DNA of 59,732 nt from an uncultured Methanosarcinales archaeon (GCA_964647565.1 CAZYIM010000013.1:1-59732); one strand, 5' to 3'. Counted from the stretch's first letter, positions 9,874 to 20,079 are shown. Translations and numbers: made by a program. The notes: generated by a model from the letters alone, not told the origin.

Positions 9874-12141
9874 ATGAGATCGTTTTTAACAGGCGCAGAG
9901 CGTCAGGCTTTGAGGGAAACATATATTGCAAATGAATTCCAAGCAATGGAAGTCTTTAACTTCAATAAAAAGAAACAAGATGAAGTTCTCGAGAAATATC
10001 TTCGTACGTTTGATCAGGGAGTAGACATTTTCAATGTAAAACTAAGCCATCTGAAAGCTGAAGATCAAAATATTCTTGGAAGAAAAAAGAATAAAGACAA
10101 ACTTATGCAGATTCTAGAAGGTTTGACCAAACTTCCTAAACTTGATTTTTCACATTTAACAGAATATATTTTTGATGCTCTAAAACTAGAAAAATTAAAT
10201 AAAGGTTTTGCAGAAGGAATTGAAGCCAGGCTCAATGCTACTCTAGAAAAAATGCAGCTATTCGACAAAGCATGGAACATAACAAATAGATTTCCCTTAT
10301 TGATCTCAGGATATCAGACCAGCCACTTGCTAGTTGCTGAAAAAAAAGAATTGATCACACTAAAGCCACAACTGGAATTCTTTAAAAACCTTAGCTATGA
10401 AGATGTTGCTAAAGGCAATATAGATTTTATTGAACTTAATAACCTAAACAAGAAATATACAAGTCTATCAGCTTCAATATTGACCTTGTTAGATATTCAG
10501 AAAATGGAGAACCAAAAAGGACATTCATTTATGCCTATAGTCAATCCAAATTTTGGCAACTGGAAAAAGTTCGATTTCAAGGGAATAGTTGAACAGATTC
10601 CTGACCAACTCTACAAACAGATAACTGCTCTAGATCCAAGAATTTATTCACTTGGTCACGAGGGTTTAGATGTAAGGAACTGGCTTACAACACTGATTAT
10701 GACTCCAGGAGCAGGCCATACTGGAGCCGCTAACTTTTGTGAACTTCTGCAGAAAGGTAAATTTGAGGAATTTTCATTACAGATAGACCACAACATATTG
10801 CTCAATATCGCACATTATCTGAAAGATTCAGAGCTAATACAAACTATGAGTTCTGGAAAGATCGCAGAAACCATATTCTACAAGGACAAGACTATAAGAG
10901 ATGTTATAAGGCGGAGTGCAGAAGATGCCTGTCTGCCACTGACAGAACCCTCTATTAAAGAGGCGGCTGATGAAATCTCAAAAACAGGCTATCTGGTGTC
11001 TTTTCGGCATATGAGAAAAGAGCATGATAACTATAAAGTCCCTAAAATAGAAGAAGCTATGAATCCCGCTTTGATATTGATCGATCCAATCAATAATGAA
11101 AATATGATGATGCCTTTTCTCGATATTTTTGGCAAGATGTGTATCTATGACCTGGATAGTATTATTAAGCAAGGCCCTAAAAAGATGCAGAATGGCAAGA
11201 AATTTTACAATGAAAATAAAGAGTTCTATGAAAAATTCAATAAAGATCCGGGGTCTAAGGAAATATTTGAACAAAAATATGCTATAGCAAGAAAGATCTT
11301 TGAAGATGAGAGAATGAAAGATAAAAAATTCAAGACATTCATGGAACAGACCTTTGATGGCATCGATCATGCATCATCCACAATTATGGCAGGCATCATA
11401 CCTACTAAAGTGATGAGATATGTCTCCCAAAGATTCAGCACTCAAGTGATCCTGGAAGAAATCAAAAACCTCCAAGCAGGTGAGCTGTTGCTTGGCTATT
11501 CGATGAACAACTGCCTTTCTGTCATGGATCTCATGAGGTATCATGCAAACAATGATGCCAGCATCTATTGTCTGTGGTTGGATGGCATGAGAGTTGGCAT
11601 GAGCTATGATCTAAAGATCAAGAATAATCTAAATGGAAACAAGGAGACTGCATTCGAGGGTCCGCTCATAGACAGCATCGAGATTAGCGATCTTTTCTTC
11701 AAAAAAGCAAATCAGCTCTTTAAAACTAAGGATGGAACTAAGCTCAGTGATTCACAAATTACCAGCATGTTCACACTCAACTACCTAACAGCCAGGCTGC
11801 TATACTCTGAAACAGGACTGTTTGTGTTGCCGGAATCCAATAATTATCATGTAATGGAAACTATGCAAGCCTTTATTGATGCATATGAAGGCAAACCAGT
11901 GCTCCAATATGAAGGAAACTGGGTACAGACTGATACTGATTTCAAGAAAATACCTTATTGGGTTGACAAGGAGCAACTGAAAGGAAATATTAAACAAAGC
12001 TATGTTGATAAGGGAAAGCATAAGAAGTCCATCAAACTAAACAAGAAAAAAGAAACAGAATCTTCACTTCTTAAGCCAGAAGCTAACATCTATTATGATG
12101 AATTGGTCAAACGTGTTGTGGAAGGCGGTAAGAAAAAATAA
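9874..12141 (+). CDS. Large hypothetical protein (755 aa)
   Basis: Long ORF with upstream TATA-like box; no confident family. Confidence 0.75.
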   Translation: MRSFLTGAERQALRETYIANEFQAMEVFNFNKKKQDEVLEKYLRTFDQGVDIFNVKLSHLKAEDQNILGRKKNKDKLMQILEGLTKLPKLDFSHLTEYIFDALKLEKLNKGFAEGIEARLNATLEKMQLFDKAWNITNRFPLLISGYQTSHLLVAEKKELITLKPQLEFFKNLSYEDVAKGNIDFIELNNLNKKYTSLSASILTLLDIQKMENQKGHSFMPIVNPNFGNWKKFDFKGIVEQIPDQLYKQITALDPRIYSLGHEGLDVRNWLTTLIMTPGAGHTGAANFCELLQKGKFEEFSLQIDHNILLNIAHYLKDSELIQTMSSGKIAETIFYKDKTIRDVIRRSAEDACLPLTEPSIKEAADEISKTGYLVSFRHMRKEHDNYKVPKIEEAMNPALILIDPINNENMMMPFLDIFGKMCIYDLDSIIKQGPKKMQNGKKFYNENKEFYEKFNKDPGSKEIFEQKYAIARKIFEDERMKDKKFKTFMEQTFDGIDHASSTIMAGIIPTKVMRYVSQRFSTQVILEEIKNLQAGELLLGYSMNNCLSVMDLMRYHANNDASIYCLWLDGMRVGMSYDLKIKNNLNGNKETAFEGPLIDSIEISDLFFKKANQLFKTKDGTKLSDSQITSMFTLNYLTARLLYSETGLFVLPESNNYHVMETMQAFIDAYEGKPVLQYEGNWVQTDTDFKKIPYWVDKEQLKGNIKQSYVDKGKHKKSIKLNKKKETESSLLKPEANIYYDELVKRVVEGGKKK

Positions 12142-12147
12142 TCTCTT

Positions 12148-13479
12148 TTATCTCTTGGCCCAAATATTGTGTCTTACTTTTCTTTCTAGACATTGCTCAA
12201 AGTAAGGTGGTTGAATTTCTCGAAGGATGCGTTTTATGGTTCCATCATATATCCAATCAGATTCAATCTCTTCTTTGATCGCTTGATAAGCATTTGCCAT
12301 CCATGACTGATGAAAAACTGGCTTGGGGCCTATCTGCTTCCATTTCTCGTATGCCAGCTCTTTTTTATCTTCTGCCCAGCACATATATCCATTCCAGAAA
12401 AGTGTCCTGTTTACTATTTCACCCCCTTTTGCGATAAGATGATTAAATATCTTGTCTTGTTCTTCTTCATATATTTTATATATATCTTCGACTGACTGAA
12501 ATCCTCTTTTTTGCATCTCAGCCCAGAATTGATCATACAACTCTTTGATAACTAATGCTTTGGCTTTTTTATGGAAAATCTTCTCTCCGAATGGATCTGG
12601 CTTATCTTCAAGTGTTTCCAATGCATCAATATGTGCCATATCCAGATATCTCAAGGTCCTTTTCTCAGTGTTAATACAATAGCCAAGATCAAACAAGAAC
12701 TCTAGACTGACTCTTGAATCTGGATTTTCCTTGATGAATGGATGGAACAGATTATTAACGCTTTTTGAAATATAATTATTCTCTGCCAGACTAAAAGACT
12801 GGGATAGCTCGCTGCCTCCCAAATTATAACCAGTCAGGTTCCACTCCATGAACCATCTGGTGAATTTCTGTAAATCTCCTTTTTCAGAATCATATTTATT
12901 GATGTAGTTTTCAAGGAAATAAAGGGTCTGGTCATACTCATTCATAACCATCATCCCTTCAAATTTCCGCAGCATTTCCTCTTCTGTCATGCTAAGTATA
13001 CTTTCCGATGCAGGTTTGTTTATTAGTTGATCAGCATCAACAATATATATCTGTAATGGTTTGTCTATATTTTTTTCTAATGTAGATGGTTCAGGATCGT
13101 TTTTAGCTAGTTCAGTTTCAGTTTTCGCACTATTTAACAAATCCGGAAAACCCTTAACAAAATAAAAGAAATCAATACCCTGATCAAGAATTGCTTCATA
13201 AGGGCAATCTCTGTAATAATATTCAGCAGGAACCTTATAGCTAGCATAGCCCCAAGGATATACCCAATCATCATAGCCAGCCACAGAACTGTCTCTTAAT
13301 TGTACATAGTTTTCAAGACTATCCAACACTACCGTACTGTTTTGATTATCATTAGAGGTGTTCTTAGATCGTTGATTATTTGTTTTTACATCATCACATA
13401 ATGGCGAAATCAAACTAATTATTCCTAAATGGATCAGAGCAGAAATCACAAAAGCTGCAGGCCAGCGTAGCTTTTTCAT
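12148..13479 (-). CDS. Hypothetical protein with N-terminal membrane anchor (SALIHLGII), helical C-terminus
   Basis: 443-aa ORF; N-terminal TM segment. Confidence 0.7.
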   Translation of the reverse strand: MKKLRWPAAFVISALIHLGIISLISPLCDDVKTNNQRSKNTSNDNQNSTVVLDSLENYVQLRDSSVAGYDDWVYPWGYASYKVPAEYYYRDCPYEAILDQGIDFFYFVKGFPDLLNSAKTETELAKNDPEPSTLEKNIDKPLQIYIVDADQLINKPASESILSMTEEEMLRKFEGMMVMNEYDQTLYFLENYINKYDSEKGDLQKFTRWFMEWNLTGYNLGGSELSQSFSLAENNYISKSVNNLFHPFIKENPDSRVSLEFLFDLGYCINTEKRTLRYLDMAHIDALETLEDKPDPFGEKIFHKKAKALVIKELYDQFWAEMQKRGFQSVEDIYKIYEEEQDKIFNHLIAKGGEIVNRTLFWNGYMCWAEDKKELAYEKWKQIGPKPVFHQSWMANAYQAIKEEIESDWIYDGTIKRILREIQPPYFEQCLERKVRHNIWAKR

Positions 13480-13583
13480 GTAATTATCAGGTAACCTCCG
13501 GAAAGATATAAACGTTTTGTCGCGACTTAATAGTGGCTAAATTACAAAAAATATTTAAATTCTAAAGAGTATCTCGATCTTAT

Positions 13584-15071
13584 ATGTCTAAGGACGAGAA
13601 AATAGACGAAGAACTTAAAAGACTCGACGATAGTCAGGAGATACCAACCTATTATAATCTACGCGACAGCAGAGGAGATTCACGCATATTATCAGTTCTG
13701 GCTCTCGAGGATACGGATTTCGAAGATGAACCCCGAACATTTTCCAGATCACTCAAATCTTCATCAAAAGGTGTTTTGTTCTCTGAATCATCCCCATCTA
13801 TAGGAACAAAAGATGTTGAAGACATCAGAAGAGAAACCTTGAAAAAATTCAGGGAAAAAATAACTAAGAGAAGAACATACGAACAACAAAGAACAGATAT
13901 CTATTTTCCAGAGGATTCTCCATTTGTCCAGACATTAACTAACATCTTAAACAGCACAGACGCATACAATGAAGTTGAGATACAATCTATCGAGTCTCAC
14001 GGCCAAAGTAGGATACCTGTTAGTATTGTCAACTTCACTTATCTTGAGAATGACGGCAGCCTGTCTGAAGACCATATTTTCATTAAGGATTACAAAGGCA
14101 ATGAAACATTAAGAAGAAAAGATTCTGTCATACCAGTTTTTATGAATGAAATTGGTGTGACGACTGTAAGTGTCCTTGGTAATTCGCCTGAAAGATACGA
14201 AGGTCATAAATATGGACTTTTCACCATGCCATCCTCAATTCCGAAAGTTGCCACACAACACTTAGGAACTGCAGATTTAGCAGAGGTGCTCAAAAGGATC
14301 AAGAATCCCGACATCATCGCCAAATGTGGGGACCATGCCCTAGAGATGATTGCCACCATGCATGTCCGAGCATCAAAAAACATCTATCTCCTAAAATCCA
14401 AATATCATCTTGAACTTGATACCACAGACCATTCTAAGCTGATTCAGGAGCGGCTTCTTCAATATCTTAATACTGCCCAACCTAGGATTAAAGACAGCTT
14501 CGCAGAAGCATTTAACCATCTCGAAAAATTGGAAACAGGAAAAAAGGAATTTTTCATACATGGAGATATGACTCCATATAATACAAGAAAGGGTCATAAC
14601 CTCGAGGTTTATTTTCCAATTGATTGGGAATTAGCAAGAAAGGACGGTTTTGCCACTGAAGATACAGCCCTTTTCATTCTCCACACCCTAAGCCTAAGGC
14701 CAGACAGGAATACACTAAAAAGTACTGTAGTGTCCAGATGGGAAGATAACTATTTTAACACTTTCAACAAGTATGCCAATATTGAAGCACCAGAGCTAGC
14801 GATTAGCCCAAAAGATTATAAAAACCAAAAGATGATTGAGACCTTAAGAGGACATCTCTATAAGATAGGGGACAAGATATGGACTCAGGACAAGTTCGGC
14901 GCCTCTGACAAGAAGAAATTCAGGGGCCAATGGCATATGAAAGAAATACTGGGCATCTTTGATGAACATCAGGGCTTCCCCCTGATGCGCGAGTTAAAGG
15001 GTAAAACTCTGGGATTATTCAAAAACTGTTCAAACGTCGATTATATCCAGACTGTCCTGCCTAGAGCATAA
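13584..15071 (+). CDS. Aminoglycoside-phosphotransferase/choline-kinase-like (protein-kinase-like fold) protein
   Basis: IFIK, catalytic IHGDMTPYN, metal-binding IDWE, downstream ED. Confidence 0.75.
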   Translation: MSKDEKIDEELKRLDDSQEIPTYYNLRDSRGDSRILSVLALEDTDFEDEPRTFSRSLKSSSKGVLFSESSPSIGTKDVEDIRRETLKKFREKITKRRTYEQQRTDIYFPEDSPFVQTLTNILNSTDAYNEVEIQSIESHGQSRIPVSIVNFTYLENDGSLSEDHIFIKDYKGNETLRRKDSVIPVFMNEIGVTTVSVLGNSPERYEGHKYGLFTMPSSIPKVATQHLGTADLAEVLKRIKNPDIIAKCGDHALEMIATMHVRASKNIYLLKSKYHLELDTTDHSKLIQERLLQYLNTAQPRIKDSFAEAFNHLEKLETGKKEFFIHGDMTPYNTRKGHNLEVYFPIDWELARKDGFATEDTALFILHTLSLRPDRNTLKSTVVSRWEDNYFNTFNKYANIEAPELAISPKDYKNQKMIETLRGHLYKIGDKIWTQDKFGASDKKKFRGQWHMKEILGIFDEHQGFPLMRELKGKTLGLFKNCSNVDYIQTVLPRA

Positions 15072-15966
15072 ACGCAAAATATGACCCTGCCACATTATAT
15101 GTTGTTCTTGTCAATGAAAGCAGATGATGAACAACTACCACTTCTGAACCTCTAACACGTTTCATCAACTCTTCACCATCTTCCATTATAGGCTTTCTCT
15201 TTTCAAAAAGCTGTTTCTTAAGATTGGGATCGAACTTATAGAATATGTTGTATAAGGTTAAATAATATTCGTTCACCCTCTTGAACAGATCAAGCACCTC
15301 TTTTGAAATTGCTTTTTTAGAATCTACCAATGTGTCACTTATATATTTGTAGAAGTCTGCAATCCTCTCAATACCCTTCACAACCTCATGTATCTGCAAT
15401 GTTCTATTATGAACCTTATATCCCCGTTTGTTCAGAATCCTAACACATGTCATTGTAAACTTGTTGTTCATGAACTCCAAATGCCTGATTTCTTTCAATT
15501 TGAAAAATTCCTGGTTCTTAACAGCTTCATAAACCTCATCAGCCATCTGATTAGTTATTAACCAAGATTTTCTTAATAATATGTCAAAGTCCTCTTCAAG
15601 TGTGTGTGCAATGCTCTTGATAAAGATTTTATTGGTTTTCTGATCTATTATTTCATAACCAATGCATTCAGGTATTCTGTTCTTGATCTCGCTCAGACTT
15701 TTTTCATCTTGATACACAACCTCAATCTCATCATATCCGAGCATGTACAGATGAGTTAAGTTATTCTTGGTAAACAAGCCAAACTCTGTAGTATTGACAA
15801 CTTTTTTAGGCGATTCTATTTCATGGCGGGTACTTATCATCAATCTTGAACCTGCCACGTCTATATCTACTTCATCACCTTTCTTCAGGCCGAATTTCTT
15901 TACCCAATCAGAGGGCAGGGTGACTGTCAATGATGAGCATCCGTGTTGTACTATTTTTCGTTTCAT
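15061..15966 (-). CDS. AbrB/SpoVT-domain plus PhoU-like archaeal transcriptional regulator
   Basis: RKIVQHGCSSLTVTLPSDWVKKFGLKKGDEV N-terminus; GYEII and IERIAD motifs. Confidence 0.88.
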   Translation of the reverse strand: MKRKIVQHGCSSLTVTLPSDWVKKFGLKKGDEVDIDVAGSRLMISTRHEIESPKKVVNTTEFGLFTKNNLTHLYMLGYDEIEVVYQDEKSLSEIKNRIPECIGYEIIDQKTNKIFIKSIAHTLEEDFDILLRKSWLITNQMADEVYEAVKNQEFFKLKEIRHLEFMNNKFTMTCVRILNKRGYKVHNRTLQIHEVVKGIERIADFYKYISDTLVDSKKAISKEVLDLFKRVNEYYLTLYNIFYKFDPNLKKQLFEKRKPIMEDGEELMKRVRGSEVVVVHHLLSLTRTTYNVAGSYFAFML

Positions 15967-16005
15967 GTGGCTAACTAAGCAGGATTCTTATATAAATTTT
16001 TCGAA

Positions 16006-16080
16006 AAATACACTATATTGTATTCAAATACACTAAGTGTGGATAAAATACATATAGTTCTGAATAATACAATATCTTGA
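16006..16080. promoter_or_regulatory. Array of four phased AATACA boxes (candidate operator) between the divergent regulator and DUF6569 gene
   Basis: AATACA at 16007, 16027, 16047 and 16066; first copy forms AATACA-N6-TGTATT. Confidence 0.55.
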
Positions 16081-16126
16081 TGCCTAAGGCGTCGAAAAAA
16101 TAAAAAATAACAACGAGGCGAAAAAA

Positions 16127-17221
16127 ATGGATGGATTGGATAAACTAGTGGGACAGTACAGCCTAGGACCTGTACAAAAACATAAGAACATAGCAATTGT
16201 ACCAATTAAGGTACACAAAGAAAGTGCTGTGGATTACATCACCTATATGGAAGCAGCCAACAAAGGCTTATTGGACATGAGGGAAACTGGCTCAGTCAAC
16301 CTTCTGAAATTCTTTAAGAAGACAGCCAAGAAAATCCTGATGATAAAAGGAGAAGGCGTCATCGGCGGAAAGCAAAACAGGATCTTCTCAGTCAATGGAC
16401 TGGTAGGTTCAAAAGAGATAGATGTGCCAGTACACTGTCAACAACAATCAAGATGGCACTATGACGGCCCTGTAATGCATGGTGGAAGCCAAGAACAGTT
16501 TGGATCTGCAGAATTTGTAATGGCAGCTTCAGTAAGAAGCCACTTGTATAAGGCTGGTGCAAGAGGAGGTCAGCAAAGCCAGACATGGAATCATATAGAT
16601 AACATTGCCAAGAGACTAGGAAGCTCTTCTGCCAGCAAAGATTATCAGGAGATAATTGGCAAGAAAAAGAATGACATTGAAGACTATGTTAGGAAGTTTG
16701 ACTACATAGAAGGCCAAACAGGTGTTGTCTGTATTATTGGCAAAGGAAAGGAAAAAACTTATTTCGTAGACATGTTTGACAAAGGAAAAACCATGTCAAA
16801 TCAATACAAGAGACTGCTTGAAAGCTATACAGTAGATGCACTTTCTGCAAAAGATTTCGATGGCGACACATCAGATGCAACTCAGAAAGAAGCTGGAGAT
16901 TTCCTTGATGAAGTGTTAAAGCAGCATACAGAGGAATCCAAATCACTGGATTTAGGAACTGACCATGAGATGCTGGGCAAAGAGATTGAAGGCTCAGCTC
17001 TGGTAATGGATGATACAGTCGTCTATCTGAATGCCAGAAAAGGACTTGAATATGGACCGCCCTTAGCGGAAGACGATCCCTGGAGACCTCCAGCTCCAAA
17101 TCCAATGCCAGGACCCTGGAGACCAAGACCACCCATAAATATTGAGCCTTGGACACCAATAGGAGGGGGAACAGGACCAACCTACAGAGGTCCTGCAGAC
17201 GGAACCATCAGACCACTCTAG
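16127..17221 (+). CDS. ARPP-1/DUF6569 family protein with Pro-rich C-terminal tail
   Basis: ETGSVNLL, GEGVIGGKQNR, VPVHC.Q.SRW, QSQTW, GQTG, DMFD motifs; GAGG SD upstream. Confidence 0.78.
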   Translation: MDGLDKLVGQYSLGPVQKHKNIAIVPIKVHKESAVDYITYMEAANKGLLDMRETGSVNLLKFFKKTAKKILMIKGEGVIGGKQNRIFSVNGLVGSKEIDVPVHCQQQSRWHYDGPVMHGGSQEQFGSAEFVMAASVRSHLYKAGARGGQQSQTWNHIDNIAKRLGSSSASKDYQEIIGKKKNDIEDYVRKFDYIEGQTGVVCIIGKGKEKTYFVDMFDKGKTMSNQYKRLLESYTVDALSAKDFDGDTSDATQKEAGDFLDEVLKQHTEESKSLDLGTDHEMLGKEIEGSALVMDDTVVYLNARKGLEYGPPLAEDDPWRPPAPNPMPGPWRPRPPINIEPWTPIGGGTGPTYRGPADGTIRPL

Positions 17222-17237
17222 TACAAAAATCTATAAG

Positions 17238-17270
17238 AATTTATTTTTTATTTTTATTTTATTTTTTATT
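17238..17270 (+). terminator. T-rich terminator candidate after the DUF6569 gene
   Basis: Repeated T-runs starting about 17 nt after the stop. Confidence 0.5.
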
Positions 17271-17314
17271 AAAACAAAATATTAATAAAGCGTATTAAAT
17301 AAATTCTATCCAGT

Positions 17315-17956
17315 ATGGAAAAGGAGGTTACAGCAATAATTATTCTAGCAACGCTCATCCTATTACTTTTGACCTCCTGTAAAAATGCTCAAGATAATTC
17401 ACTCAGAGATCTTAAAGAGTTTGGCATAAATGAATCCACATTGGATAATGTCACAAACAAAGAAGCTATCACGATTGCTGAGGCAGCCATAAAAAGCCAT
17501 GAACTCTACACAGATCATAATGCAAGAGGCTTTGAATATGTAGGTATAAAAAAACTCAAATGTGAATATTGCTGGGAAGTGAGCTTTAAATTTGAGCTGG
17601 ATGATCCTTTAAACGGATCAGATATTAAAATCATAAGTATAAGCACTAATGTATACGGTAATACCACCATCGGCATTAACTCAAAAATAGATAATAAACC
17701 TTGCTTAGTAAATGAACAGTGTGAATATGAGCATGCTCCAAAAGATGTTATAATAGTATGTCAGGGAAGGGTATGCAAGCAGAAAAAATCCCGTAACATA
17801 GTCAATGACAATTGTATTGCCAAAGGAGGAAAGGTTGAAGTGAAAAAGAAAGATAATCAGACCATCACTATGTGCGTCTTCCTTGACGATTCTGAATGTG
17901 AAATTAATGCATTCTATTCAGGCGAGTGCAAAAAAGCAGGATATTTCCCAACTTGA
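17315..17956 (+). CDS. Cys-rich lipoprotein with C-terminal DUF333-like domain
   Basis: Lipobox LTSC; NCIAKGG…MCVFLDDSECEINAFYSGEC. Confidence 0.7.
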   Translation: MEKEVTAIIILATLILLLLTSCKNAQDNSLRDLKEFGINESTLDNVTNKEAITIAEAAIKSHELYTDHNARGFEYVGIKKLKCEYCWEVSFKFELDDPLNGSDIKIISISTNVYGNTTIGINSKIDNKPCLVNEQCEYEHAPKDVIIVCQGRVCKQKKSRNIVNDNCIAKGGKVEVKKKDNQTITMCVFLDDSECEINAFYSGECKKAGYFPT

Positions 17957-17957
17957 C

Positions 17958-18197
17958 TCAAAGAATTTTCTTATATGTCATCCATGTAACCATGGCAGCA
18001 ATAGCAATTATGGCATTAAATATGCCAATACCAAGCTTATTATCCACAAAACCGTCAATAGTCAATATTATGGATCCAAGAAGATAAAGCCAAATGAATT
18101 TCTCACTGATCTTAAAAGAACCTATGGATTCATATATCTGCAGACACCAGGCTATGAGAATAATAATCAGGCCTACAATAGTAATGCTCAAACCCAT
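17958..18197 (-). CDS. Small 3-TM membrane protein, PQ-loop/SemiSWEET-like
   Basis: 79 aa, three TM helices, AWCLQ…FIWLYLLG…N pattern. Confidence 0.55.
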   Translation of the reverse strand: MGLSITIVGLIIILIAWCLQIYESIGSFKISEKFIWLYLLGSIILTIDGFVDNKLGIGIFNAIIAIAAMVTWMTYKKIL

Positions 18198-18336
18198 ATT
18201 ATAATTCTTAAGGAAATATGTTTAAAAATGTTATGATTCTCTAATTGAAATTCATCATCACCCTGGAGTGGTGAAGAAAGAAAAAACTTATAAATATCAG
18301 AGTAGTTCTTCATATTAAATATTATCTGGTGATACA

Positions 18337-18843
18337 ATGAAAGAAGATTTAGTCCAAAAAGCAAGAACTACCATCCAAAATATGGATGAAGAAAAATTCG
18401 GCCAATTTCAAACAGAACTGCAGTTTGCAGTCAAATGGTATCAAGAAGGTAGAAAGGCAGCTCAAGCCTGCATGGCATGTCAAGACGGTGAAACTTCAAA
18501 CATATATGAAGCCCCTTCAGCAGTAATTAATTTCCCTGACAAGGAAAAAGAGGTTGGAAATTCTCCCCTTTATAAGATTGTCAGAGAAGAGATTGTGAGA
18601 AGAGAAGTGGCCTCAGAAGTACCAGATAATTGGTGTGGTTGGCTAGGACTTGCAACAGCAGACGATCAAAAAAATATTAACGATGCAGTAGGAAGTATAA
18701 TGGCCAAGAAGTTTCCAATAGGCTTAATAGGACCTGGGCCGGATGTTGATGGTGCAAACAAGACTTTAGAGAGCTACGGAATTCAAAGGATTTTCGTGGA
18801 CTCACCAGATCTCATGAAGACATTTTTTGAGCATTACGATTAA
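18337..18843 (+). CDS. Hypothetical protein
   Basis: 168 aa; GGTGA SD and TTATAAA box upstream; one CxxC. Confidence 0.7.
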   Translation: MKEDLVQKARTTIQNMDEEKFGQFQTELQFAVKWYQEGRKAAQACMACQDGETSNIYEAPSAVINFPDKEKEVGNSPLYKIVREEIVRREVASEVPDNWCGWLGLATADDQKNINDAVGSIMAKKFPIGLIGPGPDVDGANKTLESYGIQRIFVDSPDLMKTFFEHYD

Positions 18844-18858
18844 AAAATTGCATGATTT

Positions 18859-19578
18859 TTATTTTATTTCTTTCCATAACTTATCAAAATACTCTGCCAG
18901 AATCCTACCCAAGTACTCATTCTCCATCCAAAGCGAGAAATAATCTTTAGAACCTTCATCCTTGAGTCCGAGAGTCATCAGTTTGCCATCCCAAATTGTG
19001 AACCTTGTGCTCTCAGGAATATAATGCTTGATCTGGACGCCTATCTTCTTCCATTCTGACACTTGTGCCCTGTTCTCCTTGTTTATAGGCCCAAGAAACT
19101 TAACCTCGCCTCCTCGAATGATAAAATCTTTGGTCAATTCTTTGAGCTCATAGTCAAGCCGCCAGCTCTTGACTACAGCAAAGATGGTTTGCTCTGATCT
19201 CGTAACAGCATCCTTCACTCGTTTAAAAAAAGAGTTTCTTCCATACACTATCTGGAAATCAGCACTACCACTAAATTCATCCCCAGTTTTTAACTTATTG
19301 ATCTCAATTTCCATATCTTTTAGTCTATCGATACGGGTTCTAATCTCACTTTTCAATACAGCTCGAGGATTGTTGATGGCATAGACCAAAGGTTTCTGAT
19401 TGACAATAGAAATATATCCATTTTCATAGAGCCAGCTAAGCACTTCATATATCTTGCTCGAGGGTATTTTTGCTTTCTTGGATATCTGTCCTACAGTCGC
19501 CTTTTCCAACTTGAGAAGAACTTTATATGTTCTTTTCTTATATTCGCTAAATCCCAACTGATTAAGAATTTCATCCAT
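18859..19578 (-). CDS. TrmB-family transcriptional regulator
   Basis: N-terminal HTH LGFSEY…IPSSKIYEVLSWL; PLD-like effector domain (FTIWDGK). Confidence 0.9.
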   Translation of the reverse strand: MDEILNQLGFSEYKKRTYKVLLKLEKATVGQISKKAKIPSSKIYEVLSWLYENGYISIVNQKPLVYAINNPRAVLKSEIRTRIDRLKDMEIEINKLKTGDEFSGSADFQIVYGRNSFFKRVKDAVTRSEQTIFAVVKSWRLDYELKELTKDFIIRGGEVKFLGPINKENRAQVSEWKKIGVQIKHYIPESTRFTIWDGKLMTLGLKDEGSKDYFSLWMENEYLGRILAEYFDKLWKEIK

Positions 19579-19580
19579 TC

Positions 19581-19595
19581 ACTACCCAAGGTAGT
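19581..19595. promoter_or_regulatory. Palindrome ACTACC-N3-GGTAGT between the TrmB TATA box and start codon (candidate autoregulatory operator)
   Basis: Perfect 6-bp inverted repeat 2 nt upstream of the ATG; TTTAAATA box at about 19604-19611 on the minus strand. Confidence 0.5.
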
Positions 19596-19635
19596 AAGTC
19601 AACTATTTAAAGTTTGTCAATCTCTTTTCTTAAAA

Positions 19636-20079
19636 ATGAAGAAAAAGAATGTTGGTTTGGGTTTTGGTGTCTTGATCCTAAAGAACAATAGAATACTCCT
19701 AGGTCACAGACACGAGGATCCTGAAAAAGCAGACAGTCTGTTGAATGGTGCCGGAACCTGGACCATGCCAGGCGGTAAGGCCCATTTTGGCGAGACCTTC
19801 GAAGAAGGTGCATATAGGGAGGTGCTTGAAGAAACAGGCATTGAACTTGATAAAAACAACCTCAAGTTGATAAGTGTCACCAATGATATGGTGGAGGAGG
19901 CTCATTTCGTAACTCTCGGATTCCTATGCAAAGACTTTAAGGGCGAACCACAAGTATTAGAACCAGATGAAATAACTGAATGGAAATGGTTCCCTCTAGA
20001 CCAGCTACCAACTCCCCAATTTTTTCCAAGCAAAAAAGTATTGAAGAACTTTCTTGATGGAGAAATCTACAAACACTAG
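19636..20079 (+). CDS. NUDIX hydrolase (MutT/NUDT15-like)
   Basis: GTWTMPGGKAHFGETFEEGAYREVLEETGI; EPDEITEWKWF. Confidence 0.92.
   Translation: MKKKNVGLGFGVLILKNNRILLGHRHEDPEKADSLLNGAGTWTMPGGKAHFGETFEEGAYREVLEETGIELDKNNLKLISVTNDMVEEAHFVTLGFLCKDFKGEPQVLEPDEITEWKWFPLDQLPTPQFFPSKKVLKNFLDGEIYKH

Noticed and set aside
16007..16024. NrdR box
   Set aside because: Superficial similarity only; the spacing is shorter than the NrdR consensus and no ribonucleotide reductase gene is adjacent.
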